The notes: generated by a model not told the origin, from the sequence alone. Positions 12,008 to 22,695 are shown, counted from the whole stretch's first letter. The stretch: DNA of 63,790 nt, filler included, from 7 parts of 7 records of this genome joined end to end with filler, not necessarily neighbours in it, one strand, 5' to 3'. Program-made: numbers and translations.

Positions 12008-13312
12008 TTAATTAAATCCAAATAATCTCGGAATGTACATGGAAATAATAGGTACATATGTTGTGATAAACAAAACGACGACCATGGCAAAAAAGAAAGG
12101 TAATAAATGCCGAATCACTTTTGCGATGGTTGTTTCAGCAATTCCACAGCCAACAAAAAGAGCTGTACCTACAGGTGGTGTACAAATACCGATACACAGA
12201 TTCATAACCAGGATAATTCCAAAGTGAATAGGATGAATACCTAAATTCATCACAATAGGAAGAAAAATGGGGGTAAAGATAAGAACCGCTGGAGTCATAT
12301 CCATAAAAGTACCCACAAACAAGAGTATTAAATTAATAATGAGCAGGATAATAATCTTGTTGTCCGTCAAACCTAAAAGTGCGGCACTTATATCCTGGGG
12401 AATATTCTCATAAGCCAGAACCCATGACATGGCCATTGACGTGCCTATAAGCAACATCACAACAGCGGTCGTAATGCCACATTGCAGGAGAATTTTTGGT
12501 AATTGATTAAATTTCACTTCACGATAAACAAAAACGGAAAGAATAAAAGCGTAAACAACGGCTATGGCAGAAGCTTCTGTCGCAGTAAAAAATCCGGCCA
12601 ATATACCACCCAGAACAATAATAATAAGAAACAACGGTGGTAAAGCAACCATAAACTTGACAATACTTTCTTTAATCCCGAATCTTTCTCCTCTGCCATA
12701 ATGTCTTCTTATAGAGATAATACCACTGACAAACATCAAACCTATTCCCATCAAGATACCTGGTAAAATTCCAGCCAAAAAGATGGCTGCAACTGAGACG
12801 GCACCACCTGTTGCCAGGGAATAGACAATCATCGTATTACTGGGAGGAATTAAAAGACCTGTTGTGGCTGCTGTGATGGTAACTGAGGCATTAAAATCCC
12901 GATCATAGCCCTGTTTATTCATGATAGGAATCATAAATCCACCAACACTTGAGACAGCAGCAACAGCGGATCCGGAAATAGCTCCGAAAAACATACAGGT
13001 CATGATATTCACATAAGATAATCCACCTGGAGCACGTCCGACTACCACATTGGCAAAATCAATGAGCCGGCGGGCTATACCACCATGTCCCATAAGAGCT
13101 CCGGCAAGAATAAAAAACGGAATTGCCAGTAACGCAAAACTATCAATACCTGTCGCAATTTTATGTGCAACAAGTTGAAGAGCGGGCAATCCCCCAATAG
13201 ACATCACTGTTAAAAGAGATGATATTCCAATTGAAAAAGCAATAGGAACATTAAGTAGGATCAAAAAAACAAAACTGGAAATGAGAACAATTAATGGCCA
13301 ATCCATATTCAC
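12008..13312 (-). CDS. dctM: TRAP transporter large permease
   Basis: LLAIPFFILAG, FGAISGSAVA, LIPPS and CTPPVG motifs; polytopic membrane protein. Confidence 0.95.
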   Translation of the reverse strand: MNMDWPLIVLISSFVFLILLNVPIAFSIGISSLLTVMSIGGLPALQLVAHKIATGIDSFALLAIPFFILAGALMGHGGIARRLIDFANVVVGRAPGGLSYVNIMTCMFFGAISGSAVAAVSSVGGFMIPIMNKQGYDRDFNASVTITAATTGLLIPPSNTMIVYSLATGGAVSVAAIFLAGILPGILMGIGLMFVSGIISIRRHYGRGERFGIKESIVKFMVALPPLFLIIIVLGGILAGFFTATEASAIAVVYAFILSVFVYREVKFNQLPKILLQCGITTAVVMLLIGTSMAMSWVLAYENIPQDISAALLGLTDNKIIILLIINLILLFVGTFMDMTPAVLIFTPIFLPIVMNLGIHPIHFGIILVMNLCIGICTPPVGTALFVGCGIAETTIAKVIRHLLPFFFAMVVVLFITTYVPIISMYIPRLFGFN

Positions 13313-13336
13313 ACTCTTTTGTATTCATTTTCAATC

Positions 13337-13418
13337 AAAAAGCCGGCATCAGTCCGAGTTAACCACACTATCGCAATTAGTGAGATGAAATTTCGCTCCG
13401 TTAACCGAAATGCGGCCC
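13337..13418 (-). other. Structured intergenic element (putative three-way-junction RNA or repeat) between dctQ and dctM
   Basis: Nested complementary segments followed by U5 on the minus strand; see findings. Confidence 0.45.
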
Positions 13419-13458
13419 GTTATTTATTTAATTCATAAACATATTTTCAATATCGATA

Positions 13459-13953
13459 TCATCCTTCACTCAGATTTTTCAATTTACCCAATGTGTTGAT
13501 AAAAAACTCGACACTATAGATTGTCAGGAAAAATCCAGCGAGAGGAACAGCAATGTATACATACCCCATTTTTAGCCCAAGGGCAGGAGATAGCTGATTT
13601 TGCATCAATGTAATAGATACCAGTTTCAATCCACCATAAAACATGACCGTGATTGAAAAGGCACTTACGCATAAATAAACAAAAAGTTCTGTATATAATC
13701 GCTTTTTCTCGATCAACTTTCCAACAAAAAAATCGATCCCCAGATGGGCTCCACGGTTCAGTGCAACAGCAGATCCGAGTAGTCCAACCCAAATCATCAA
13801 ATAAGTAGCAAGTTCCTCGGTCCAGGAACTTGGATTTTTGAGAATAAATCGGGTCATGACCTGCCAGGTAACATCGATCACCAGTACTCCCATCACGAGA
13901 GCTGTCAGATATTCTAACGATTTATCCAGGCCTGTTCTGAATTTTTTCCACAT
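13459..13953 (-). CDS. dctQ: TRAP transporter small permease
   Basis: WQVMTRF…SWTEELA…HLGID; four TM helices. Confidence 0.95.
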   Translation of the reverse strand: MWKKFRTGLDKSLEYLTALVMGVLVIDVTWQVMTRFILKNPSSWTEELATYLMIWVGLLGSAVALNRGAHLGIDFFVGKLIEKKRLYTELFVYLCVSAFSITVMFYGGLKLVSITLMQNQLSPALGLKMGYVYIAVPLAGFFLTIYSVEFFINTLGKLKNLSEG

Positions 13954-13956
13954 AAT

Positions 13957-14940
13957 TTATTGAACCTCTTGTATCTGTTTTGCCAATTCGCCTACTTCAG
14001 TACCTTCGAATTCTTGCCACAATCCCTTTGCTTTTTCCATAAATGGAGCCTTGTCAGGATTATAGACTTTTACACCTGCCGCAACCATTTTATCCATACT
14101 TTCCTGTACAAATGCAGACCATAATTCAATTTCGTAAGGAACGGACTCATCTGCAGCTTCCTGTAATATTTTTTGCATAGCAGGATCAAGTTTATTCCAG
14201 ATAACTGTACTAATAAGCAACATATCCGGTACCATTGTATGCTCGTCAAGACTATAATGTTTACAAACTTCATAGTGATTTGACGTAAAAAGACTTGGTG
14301 CATTATTTTCTGCACCATCAACAACACCCTGTTGCAGAGATGTATAAAGTTCACCCCATGCAATAGGCGTGGCAGATCCGCCTAACGCGTTGATCATCTT
14401 GATAGCAACCGGACTTTGTTGGGTTCTAATTTTCATGCCTTTAAGATCATCTGGTGATAAAATTGGCTTGTTCGTTGAATAAAAACTTCGTGCTCCGGCA
14501 TCATAATAAACCAGACCTTTTAAACCGTTTTGTTCCGGGGCAGCAAGTAATTGTTGGCCAATAGGTCCATTGAATACCTTCCATTTATGATCTGCATCAC
14601 GAAATAAAAATGGCAGCGCAAATACCTTAATGGCGGGCACAAAACTTTCCAGAGGGCTACTCGACACTTTTGTCATTGCAAGACTTCCAAGCTGTAACTG
14701 CTCGATGCACTCTTTTTCATTACCCAATTGTTCATTCGGATAAATATCAATCTTCATTTTACCAGCAGACTTTTCAAATGCCTTTTCTGCCATAAATTCC
14801 ATGGCTTTATGAACTGGGTGGGTAATATCCAATCCATGTGCAATCTTTAGCTCAACGACATCACTTTTTGATCCACAACCAGCGATCATCAGTGTTAAAG
14901 CAAAAATAAGAATAAAGGGGTAAACTTTGGAAAATCGCAT
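13957..14940 (-). CDS. dctP: TRAP transporter substrate-binding lipoprotein (sugar-acid type)
   Basis: Lipobox IAGC, GARSFY, DLKGMKIR and ELYTSLQQGVVDGAEN. Confidence 0.95.
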   Translation of the reverse strand: MRFSKVYPFILIFALTLMIAGCGSKSDVVELKIAHGLDITHPVHKAMEFMAEKAFEKSAGKMKIDIYPNEQLGNEKECIEQLQLGSLAMTKVSSSPLESFVPAIKVFALPFLFRDADHKWKVFNGPIGQQLLAAPEQNGLKGLVYYDAGARSFYSTNKPILSPDDLKGMKIRTQQSPVAIKMINALGGSATPIAWGELYTSLQQGVVDGAENNAPSLFTSNHYEVCKHYSLDEHTMVPDMLLISTVIWNKLDPAMQKILQEAADESVPYEIELWSAFVQESMDKMVAAGVKVYNPDKAPFMEKAKGLWQEFEGTEVGELAKQIQEVQ

Positions 14941-14959
14941 TTTTCCCTCCGAATAAATA

Positions 14960-14977
14960 ATTTAAACCGGTTCAAAT
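14960..14977. promoter_or_regulatory. LacI-type operator upstream of dctP
   Basis: Near-perfect palindrome ATTTAAACCGGTTCAAAT with central CG, 20 nt upstream of the dctP start. Confidence 0.8.
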
Positions 14978-15145
14978 ATTTCGATAAATATAATAATTAG
15001 TTAATTATTTGTCAATGGAAATCAAAATTAATGAGATATTAAAAGGTATTTTTAAAAGAATTTTAAAAAAATATGTGTAGTTAATGGAAGTTAATAATGT
15101 GAACATATTCCGCATTTAATCGAGATCAGAGTCATAAAAAAATGA

Positions 15146-15297
15146 GGCTGTATCACAAGTCGGCAAGGTGATTTAACTTTATAATTAGCACACAAACAAT
15201 AAAATGGAAACAACGTTTTCACAAACGGTGCCATAATCCATTGAATACCTTGTATTTTATCAACCTACCTTGTTATTAAGTAACTTATGATACAGCC
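15146..15297. mobile_element. MITE-like element (~152 bp) with 15-bp terminal inverted repeats
   Basis: GGCTGTATCACAAGT (15146-15160) … ACTTATGATACAGCC (15283-15297), 14/15 complementary; non-coding interior. Confidence 0.6.
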
Positions 15298-15342
15298 CTA
15301 TAAAAAAACTATAATTATTGATTATTTATCACTTTTAAAATA

Positions 15343-15531
15343 TTATTCATCAATATTGATAGCTTCTGCCGGGCAGGATTCTGCAGCATCGCGTGCGTCA
15401 TCCTCTAATTCAGCTGGAACAACATCCACTTTTGTCACAGCAACATCATCGTCCATGTCAAAAACATCTGGACATGTATCTACACATAATTCACATCCTG
15501 TACACAGATCAGCATCAACTACTGCTTTCAT
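15343..15531 (-). CDS. Single-cluster [4Fe-4S]/[3Fe-4S] ferredoxin
   Basis: CTGCELCVDTCPDVF … AAESCPAEAI; acidic 62 aa; AAGGAG RBS. Confidence 0.93.
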   Translation of the reverse strand: MKAVVDADLCTGCELCVDTCPDVFDMDDDVAVTKVDVVPAELEDDARDAAESCPAEAINIDE

Positions 15532-15847
15532 GACAATCTCCTTATTAATGTTTAAAAAGTATTTTATTTTATAGATTGATAAATCGTGGCAAATTTACAA
15601 ACTTGAGGGGAATGAAACAAGTATTTTTATTAATATCTCACTATTTAATTTCATCATATGTGTATTATATTCCATTTTTTGCTTTGAGGCATGTGGACAA
15701 ATGAATCTCTAAATGACATATTATCATCATTTAATAGAACAACTAGATTTATTATAAAAATATACTTATATTTAAAATTTAGAACCTGCTAAAATTTGGT
15801 CAATCACAAACAAAAACAATTCTTGAAATAGGGAGAATTCAGATTTT

Positions 15848-16321
15848 ATGATGAATTATGTTTGGCTCGGCCTGATTACAATTGCTATCATTGTCGGAGC
15901 ATTCACAGGCAACATTGAAAATGTTACCAAAAGCGCTCTGGATTCTGCCGGTGCCTCTGTTGACATTGCCCTGGGATTGATTGGTATCATGACACTCTGG
16001 TTGGGAATTATGAAAATAGCCCAGGAGGCTGGCCTTGTCAATCTCCTGGCAAAAATGATCCGACCCATCAGCCGGTTTTTATTCCCTGAAATACCCTCTG
16101 ACCATCCAGCGATTGGGGCCATGGTTTTAAATCTGGCAGCGAATTGGCTCGGCCTTGGAAATGCAGCCACTCCCCTGGGCATAAAAGCCATGGAAGAGCT
16201 GCAAACGCTGAATCCTGAAAAAGACCGCGCAACGAATTCTATGATCATGTTCCTGGCACTCAATACAGCCAGCATTACCCTGGTGCCGATGACGATAATT
16301 GCTGTCAGAGCGAGTCTCGGT
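15848..16321 (+). CDS. SpmA-like nucleoside recognition (Gate) membrane protein, 3' truncated
   Basis: LWLGIMKIA, LFPEIPSDHPA, GLGNAATPLGIKAMEELQ and FLALNT motifs. Confidence 0.88.
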
Positions 16322-16421
16322 NNNNNNNNNNNNNNNNNNNNNNNNNNNNNNNNNNNNNNNNNNNNTTAATTAATTAANNNNNNNNNNNNNNNNNNNNNNN
16401 NNNNNNNNNNNNNNNNNNNNN

Positions 16422-16916
16422 TTTTTGACGTGATGTATTTAGAACATTTTTAAACTGTGTGAAAATAGACTGACAAGTTTCAGGTCTTAGATATGCAACC
16501 GAAGCTGAATCACGAATTGGACCTACATGAGTTTCAAACATCAAGTTAAATTCTTTTGGTTCCGTTAATTCGCCGCCACATTCTGGACACTTCGATGGAT
16601 CTTTTTGAATCGCCTCTTCATCTTCTCTGAAACGTTTTTTACACTCTTTGCAATCGACCATAGGATCAGAAAAGCTATTCACATGGCCTGACGCAACCCA
16701 AGTCTGAGGATGTGCAACAATTGTTGTATCAACACCAACAACGTTTTCACGATCCAAGACCATATATTTCCACCATGAATCTTTGACTCGCCTGCGGAGC
16801 TCAACGCCAATTGGACCATAATCCCAAAAACCGTTCAAACCGCCATAAATTTCGCTATTTTGGAAAATAAAACCGCGTCTTTTACATAAAGATACTAAAT
16901 CGTCCATCGAAACCAT
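16422..16916 (-). CDS. glyQS: Glycine--tRNA ligase (alpha2 type), 3' truncated
   Basis: LVSLCKRRGFIF…EIYGG…DYGP, ASGH, FNLMFET and YLRPET. Confidence 0.95.
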
Positions 16917-17234
16917 ATTCAAACCCTCGCTTTGTTATACAAATTCAACCAGATTCAAAATTCGACCTATTACTCAACTACTGAATAATACTTAAGAAAT
17001 CACAACATTGATAGAAGAGTTAAGGCGGCTTAATCAGGCCTATATATAATGACTGGTGCTGATTAACACGTGATCTAGAACACGTCAAGTGGAATAGAAT
17101 GTTAGTCTGTCGGCATTTTAAGACTTTGTATATTGTTAACAACTTGTTCACGGCATTTATTGATAACCAAGCAAATTATTTGCATATCATACACATATAT
17201 TATAAGACCTTAACCGATCAAACAGGAGGTCTAA

Positions 17235-17954
17235 ATGGCTACAGATGCTACTCAAGCAGTATCAACAAAACCGCATCCTGAATTCAGACTAATATTAGAC
17301 ACGAACATTGGAGCATACAATCTCCCAAGAAAAACAGCCGCAGGGCCTCAAGAGGGTTGGTTTCCAACGAGCAACATAACAGGCAAACTCCTGGTCATGC
17401 CAAAGGCACTCTTGGGTAGAAATTTTGGGCTATTTTTTCAAACAGGCCTTTGGGCGAGAACAACAGAGTTTGATCCAGATTTTTCAAAGACAATTCTTAG
17501 AACATTTTTTGGTCCCGTGGCTTATGCACAAGTTGATATTGGTGATTTCAACCTAAAACTAGTTGAATCATTGAACTACTTTTACGGCGTCGATTTAAAT
17601 GGTCCTGCAAAAAAAGATTGGGAATCACATGAGCTTGGCAACTACGCTAGCCTTACACTGACTTATAAACCGGCACACCTATCAATTGATTTTCATAACT
17701 GGTACGTTTGGAGTTTAGGGCTAACCCTTCCTAATGATACAAGCGCTAGTGAAGATGGTTATATCTTTGGAACAACATTTTCAAGCAAACCCTTGGGTAG
17801 CTCTGAAGGCCCAGCAAAAGGCTTGAGCATTTACACTCGCTATCGTTATTGGAATTGGCGTGTTGCACCAGATGGTGTAAGCGTTGACAGATCACCTTGG
17901 CATGAAATCACTGCTGGATTAAAATTTAGCTGGGGATTTAATATCTTTGAATAA
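17235..17954 (+). CDS. Hypothetical protein, beta-strand/aromatic-rich (outer-membrane-barrel-like), no evident signal peptide
   Basis: AGGAGG RBS; alternating hydrophobic strands; C-terminus HEITAGLKFSWGFNIFE. Confidence 0.6.
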   Translation: MATDATQAVSTKPHPEFRLILDTNIGAYNLPRKTAAGPQEGWFPTSNITGKLLVMPKALLGRNFGLFFQTGLWARTTEFDPDFSKTILRTFFGPVAYAQVDIGDFNLKLVESLNYFYGVDLNGPAKKDWESHELGNYASLTLTYKPAHLSIDFHNWYVWSLGLTLPNDTSASEDGYIFGTTFSSKPLGSSEGPAKGLSIYTRYRYWNWRVAPDGVSVDRSPWHEITAGLKFSWGFNIFE

Positions 17955-18137
17955 CGATGCTTTAATACCAACCGTTGCACCAATTTTGATTTATGTCGTT
18001 ATTCTCGAAATATACAACCCTGTCAATAAACACCCTTAATGGTTAAAAATCACCTCCAACGGCTTTTTTTTAGCAAAACCAAACAGATTAAAACTAGTAA
18101 TTTCCAATACTTACACTTTTTCGACCTATAACAATTC

Positions 18138-18153
18138 TGGAATAAAACTTGCT
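18138..18153 (+). promoter_or_regulatory. Putative sigma54 (-24/-12) promoter
   Basis: TGGAATAAAACTTGCT = GG-N10-GC with TTGC, 27 nt upstream of ATG 18181. Confidence 0.65.
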
Positions 18154-18180
18154 TATTTCTACTAAGGACGAGGGGGTATT

Positions 18181-19755
18181 ATGAAAAAATCATTTTTCCT
18201 TTGGCTGATTTTTATCCTTACTATTCTTTCAGCTTGTGGCTCTTCTAATTCTGGATCTCAGTCAACTGGCATCAATGTAAAAAGCATAGATGGAGAAACA
18301 ATAGAACCCAACACTACTTTTTCATATGTTGCAGATTCAGCAATTTCAGATTCCGCGACAATATCAAATTTTTTCATTACACCAACTGCATCATCTTGTA
18401 TTTCAGGGAACCGTCTACCGGCAACAATAGAAATCAGTGGTTCGTCAACAACAATAACTCTAGATGACGAAACTGTTGATGGTTCATTTCAAGCATGTAT
18501 TGACGAACTTCCTCTTGAAGATGGAAGCTCAGAAACAGAGACCTATTCTTTTACAGTGGAGGGTGGAGAAGATCCTTCTTTTCTCGGAATCTTAGACACA
18601 GTTTTTGGTAATGGTAACGGCTACGTTTCGCTTTCAACGCCTGAATCATCATACGATGGATTTGATGGTGCTTCAATAGGAAGCGATTCATCTGGAAATA
18701 TCTACTTCTTCTTTTACCTATATCAAGACCCAGAAGATCCTGAAGGAGATGAAACCGGCTACACATATATTTGGAAAGTTAATTCCGAGGGAGAAACAGT
18801 CACCTCCTTTGGGACAAATGGACTTCTTTCACTTGATGACAGTGGATATGAAACTGAGAATGTAGAAGTACTTGCAGACGGATCTCTACTTTTACTTGGG
18901 AGACCTGAGGAAAAAATGACAATTTGGAAATTTGATTCTAATGGAGATTTGGATACAACGTTTGGAACTTCAGGAAAGGTTACCTATACAGGAACGGACA
19001 ATAGCTCCGCCCTGATGGTTATCGTACACGATGAAAAAATATATATCACAGGGAGAGCTAGAAACGAAGGAGAATTGAATCAGATGGCAATATGGAGGTA
19101 TAGTAGCTCCGGAGATCTTGACACTACGTTTGGAACTAATGGTGTAACCCTGTATGCAGTGGACGAAAATCACGCAGACGGACAAGCAATAGAAATACTT
19201 GAAAGTGAAAGAATCTTGGTTGCAGGAACTATAAGTCAACCTAGTGAAGACGAACACTATCTTGTACTTTGGGAATACAATTCAAATGGAACAGAGCTCA
19301 TATCAACGTTTGGAACAGATAGCGGTGTAAACATCACAGACATAATCCTTGAACCAGCAGGCATGACCGTTGATTCAGAAGGCAACATTTATGTATCTGG
19401 AGACTATGAAGAAAGTGATGAGGTAATGTATTCGAAGCTTGTAAAGTTCGATTCCGATGGGCTTGAAGATGAATCATTTGAGAGATACGCCGAGACCCCA
19501 TCTGCCCCAGCCACAGGATTATCTCTTATCTATAATAACGTATTTTTTTCCACCACCGATGAAGAGAATGAAAGCAGCAAGCTATTTGGACTCAACACCA
19601 CAACGGGTGAACTTGATACTTCACTCTTTACAGATGGTTACTATTCCTTTGCAAATTACTATACAGGTACTGAAGCAACTGACAGCGTAAATCGAATCAT
19701 GCTTGGATTGGTCAAAACTGACTCTAGTGAAGTCAGAATATATAGATTTCGCTAA
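18181..19755 (+). CDS. Acidic surface lipoprotein with delta-60 (DUF5122-like) beta-propeller repeats
   Basis: Lipobox LSAC; repeated 'W(K/R)xxxxGxLDTTFGTxG' units. Confidence 0.8.
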   Translation: MKKSFFLWLIFILTILSACGSSNSGSQSTGINVKSIDGETIEPNTTFSYVADSAISDSATISNFFITPTASSCISGNRLPATIEISGSSTTITLDDETVDGSFQACIDELPLEDGSSETETYSFTVEGGEDPSFLGILDTVFGNGNGYVSLSTPESSYDGFDGASIGSDSSGNIYFFFYLYQDPEDPEGDETGYTYIWKVNSEGETVTSFGTNGLLSLDDSGYETENVEVLADGSLLLLGRPEEKMTIWKFDSNGDLDTTFGTSGKVTYTGTDNSSALMVIVHDEKIYITGRARNEGELNQMAIWRYSSSGDLDTTFGTNGVTLYAVDENHADGQAIEILESERILVAGTISQPSEDEHYLVLWEYNSNGTELISTFGTDSGVNITDIILEPAGMTVDSEGNIYVSGDYEESDEVMYSKLVKFDSDGLEDESFERYAETPSAPATGLSLIYNNVFFSTTDEENESSKLFGLNTTTGELDTSLFTDGYYSFANYYTGTEATDSVNRIMLGLVKTDSSEVRIYRFR

Positions 19756-19819
19756 AACCTCAATTAATTGAGTTCCATCAGGGTTGCTCCAAATCTAAGA
19801 TCTATGTTATATAGATAGA

Positions 19820-20752
19820 ATGCAAACAAGAACTATTTCCCTATTCATTATACTTTCTATCCTTTTTATAACTGGTCCATCTTATGCCAAGAAAAGTTCC
19901 TTTTATCGTTCTGGTGATGGAGTTTTAAACATAGGCCGCGGAAAAAATATTCAGAAAATCAGATTCAGGAATAGCGACGGAACTTATAATTTCGATGGCC
20001 TCAAGAAAATTAACAGTCTCTATGGATGTGATTGGAATGACAAATCTTTAAGAATGTCGCTTCGACTCATTGAGCTTCTCGATTTTCTTGAAAAGAAATT
20101 TAACGGCAAAGGAATTCAAATAACTTCTGGATTCAGAAGCCAAAAATATAATCAGGGCTTAAGAAAACGTGGAAAAATGGCTGCATCATCAAGCCTTCAC
20201 ATAGATGCAGAGGCTATCGATATTGTTATGAGTGGTGCGCCCTCTTCAAGAATCTACGAATATTTAAGAGAGCAAGATTGTTGTGGCGTTGGTTACTATC
20301 ATGGAAGAACAATTCATATAGATACAGGACCACCCAGATTTTGGGATGAAACAAGTTCTGGAACAGAGAAAAAAGAACCCCCGCAAAATGAGCATATCGT
20401 TTTAAAGACGAAGAGCGATCTATATAGCGATAGCGAAACTGTCGGAATCAAGTTTTCACGAGTTAACGAATACCCTATAGGTGTAAAAAAAGATTGGGCA
20501 CTTGATTGCTTCAATGATTCAGGAAAGAGATTCAAGGTAAAAATCAAACCTCAATTTACAGGAACCAAAGAGAAAAAAGGCTGTCACATCATAGACAGCA
20601 AGCCAAAAGGACGCTCAATTAGGGCCAAACTACCCAAAATTTCTGCAAAAATGCTTCCATCAGAATGTAGAATTAGAGTCGATTTTTGTGAACCTATGAC
20701 GGAAAAGATGCCTGAATTTGTTAATAGCAACCCCATTACAATAACAAAATAA
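19820..20752 (+). CDS. YcbK/DUF882 (peptidase M15, MepK-like) peptidoglycan endopeptidase with C-terminal extension
   Basis: ITSGFRS..YN..LR, SSLH…AID, GVGYY and IHIDTGPPRFW motifs; signal peptide. Confidence 0.85.
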   Translation: MQTRTISLFIILSILFITGPSYAKKSSFYRSGDGVLNIGRGKNIQKIRFRNSDGTYNFDGLKKINSLYGCDWNDKSLRMSLRLIELLDFLEKKFNGKGIQITSGFRSQKYNQGLRKRGKMAASSSLHIDAEAIDIVMSGAPSSRIYEYLREQDCCGVGYYHGRTIHIDTGPPRFWDETSSGTEKKEPPQNEHIVLKTKSDLYSDSETVGIKFSRVNEYPIGVKKDWALDCFNDSGKRFKVKIKPQFTGTKEKKGCHIIDSKPKGRSIRAKLPKISAKMLPSECRIRVDFCEPMTEKMPEFVNSNPITITK

Positions 20753-20762
20753 GCGAATATTC

Positions 20763-20790
20763 TTGACAATAACGCCCAAATAACCATAAT
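20763..20790 (+). promoter_or_regulatory. Putative sigma70 promoter of rho
   Basis: TTGACA-N16-CATAAT upstream of a long leader. Confidence 0.55.
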
Positions 20791-20933
20791 AGGGGCACTT
20801 TTCAAAAGTGAAGTTCTTAAAATCCTAATTATTTACTTAAAATCTAAGCTCGTTTTTGAAAGTTGTGCGAGCGACAGAGGAAATTCAATTTATTATAATT
20901 CTAACCTTTTAACCTTAAAGAAAAAGAGAGTTT

Positions 20934-22334
20934 ATGGTCATCAGAAGAAAAGCTGCGTCTGCATCTAAGGCGCCTAAAGAAACACCCGCAAAAACAAAAC
21001 CAGCAAAAGAAGAAGTAAAAGCAGAGCCTGAAAGAAAAAAACCTGAAGCAAAAAAGCCAAGCCTACCTGTTTCAAAGGAGAATCATATGCATCTTAGAGA
21101 ACTTAAAAAGATGAATATTAAAGATCTCGTCACCATGGCTGCTAAGTTTAAAATTGAAGACGCTGCAAACATGAGAAAACAAGAGTTGATTTTTTCACTC
21201 TTAAAAACTCAAGCTGCAAAAAATGGTGTCATCTACGGTGAAGGCGTTCTCGAAACCCTTCCAGATGGTTTTGGTTTTTTAAGATCACCCGATTCAAACT
21301 ATCTTCCAGGTTCCGATGATATATATGTTTCACCATCTCAAATCCGCCGTTTTGGACTCAGAACTGGTGATATCGTTGATGGTCAGATCAGACCACCAAA
21401 AGAATCTGAAAGATATTTTGCACTTTTAAAAGTTGAAAAAATCAACTTTGAAGAACCAGCTAAAGCCAGACAAAAGATCCTCTTTGACAACTTGACTCCA
21501 CTCTATCCAAATGAGAGATTGAATCTTGAATTTGAACCAAAGAACTATTCAACAAGAATAATGGATCTTTTAACTCCAATTGGTAAGGGCCAGCGTGCAC
21601 TAATCGTTTCACCCCCAAGAGCTGGTAAGACTGTATTGTTGCAAAACATTGCGAATGCAATAACAACAAATCAGCCTGATGCCGTTTTAATCGTCCTTTT
21701 GATCGACGAACGTCCTGAGGAAGTCACCGACATGCAACGCTCTGTTAACGGAGAAGTAGTCAGCTCAACATTTGACGAACAAGCTTCACGTCACGTTCAG
21801 GTTGCCGAAATGGTCATCGAAAAGGCAAAGAGACTTGTCGAACACAAACATGACGTTGTTATATTGCTCGATAGTATCACTCGTTTAGCAAGAGCATACA
21901 ACTCTGTTGTTCCTCCATCAGGAAAGATTCTTTCTGGTGGTGTTGATGCAAACGCACTCCACAAACCAAAAAGATTCTTTGGTGCAGCAAGAAACATTGA
22001 AGAAGGTGGAAGCTTGACAATCATCGGAACAGCCTTGATCGATACAGGAAGCAGAATGGATGAAGTTATCTTTGAAGAATTTAAAGGTACCGGTAACATG
22101 GAAATCCATCTTGACCGTAAACTGATGGAAAAGAGAATTTTTCCATGTGTCGACATCAACCGTTCTGGAACAAGAAAAGAAGAATTACTGCTTGATGATG
22201 ATGCTCTTAATAAAGTCTGGGTCTTGAGAAAACTTCTCCAACCACTCAACCCAATCGACAGCATGGAATTCTTACTAGACAAGATCACTGTCACAAAGAC
22301 AAACAAAGAGTTCCTGATGAGCATGAACAAGTAA
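20934..22334 (+). CDS. rho: Transcription termination factor Rho
   Basis: [56 protein letters not shown] and [11 protein letters not shown]. Confidence 0.98.
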   Translation: MVIRRKAASASKAPKETPAKTKPAKEEVKAEPERKKPEAKKPSLPVSKENHMHLRELKKMNIKDLVTMAAKFKIEDAANMRKQELIFSLLKTQAAKNGVIYGEGVLETLPDGFGFLRSPDSNYLPGSDDIYVSPSQIRRFGLRTGDIVDGQIRPPKESERYFALLKVEKINFEEPAKARQKILFDNLTPLYPNERLNLEFEPKNYSTRIMDLLTPIGKGQRALIVSPPRAGKTVLLQNIANAITTNQPDAVLIVLLIDERPEEVTDMQRSVNGEVVSSTFDEQASRHVQVAEMVIEKAKRLVEHKHDVVILLDSITRLARAYNSVVPPSGKILSGGVDANALHKPKRFFGAARNIEEGGSLTIIGTALIDTGSRMDEVIFEEFKGTGNMEIHLDRKLMEKRIFPCVDINRSGTRKEELLLDDDALNKVWVLRKLLQPLNPIDSMEFLLDKITVTKTNKEFLMSMNK

Positions 22335-22356
22335 AACTCTTTGAATTCAAAAAATC

Positions 22357-22390
22357 AAAAGGCGCACTCTTAAAAGAGTGTGCCTTTTTT
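22357..22390 (+). terminator. Intrinsic terminator after rho
   Basis: GGCGCACTCT-TAAA-AGAGTGTGCC-TTTTTT. Confidence 0.9.
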
Positions 22391-22695
22391 ATTATCAGCC
22401 TCCCTTAATCCTTTGGTCTCAGTTATCCGCCCTTAACAGCCAGCAACGACGAAATCATGTCTACTTTTTCCCAAATAAAATACACAACAACTATAGCCAT
22501 CAAAAACGATAATACTGTAAGTAGTGTTATGATTTTACTCTTAAAAACTAATCATCTTTACTGAATACAGACAGAATATGTTTGTTTTTTGACGACTATA
22601 AGAGATCTTACCAAAGAGGAATAAAACATAAAGCGATATGTGGGCATAACATATTGAATTTATTCAGTATTATCAACACGGGAAACGGCTCTAAA

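Noticed and set aside
13337-13418. Hammerhead/HDV ribozyme or attC site
   Set aside because: CUGAUG is not followed by A and is not in the right order with GAAA; the ends do not fit RYYYAAC/GTTRRRY.
15848-16321. SpmA as evidence of sporulation
   Set aside because: SpmA/SpmB-like Gate proteins are widespread in non-sporulating bacteria.
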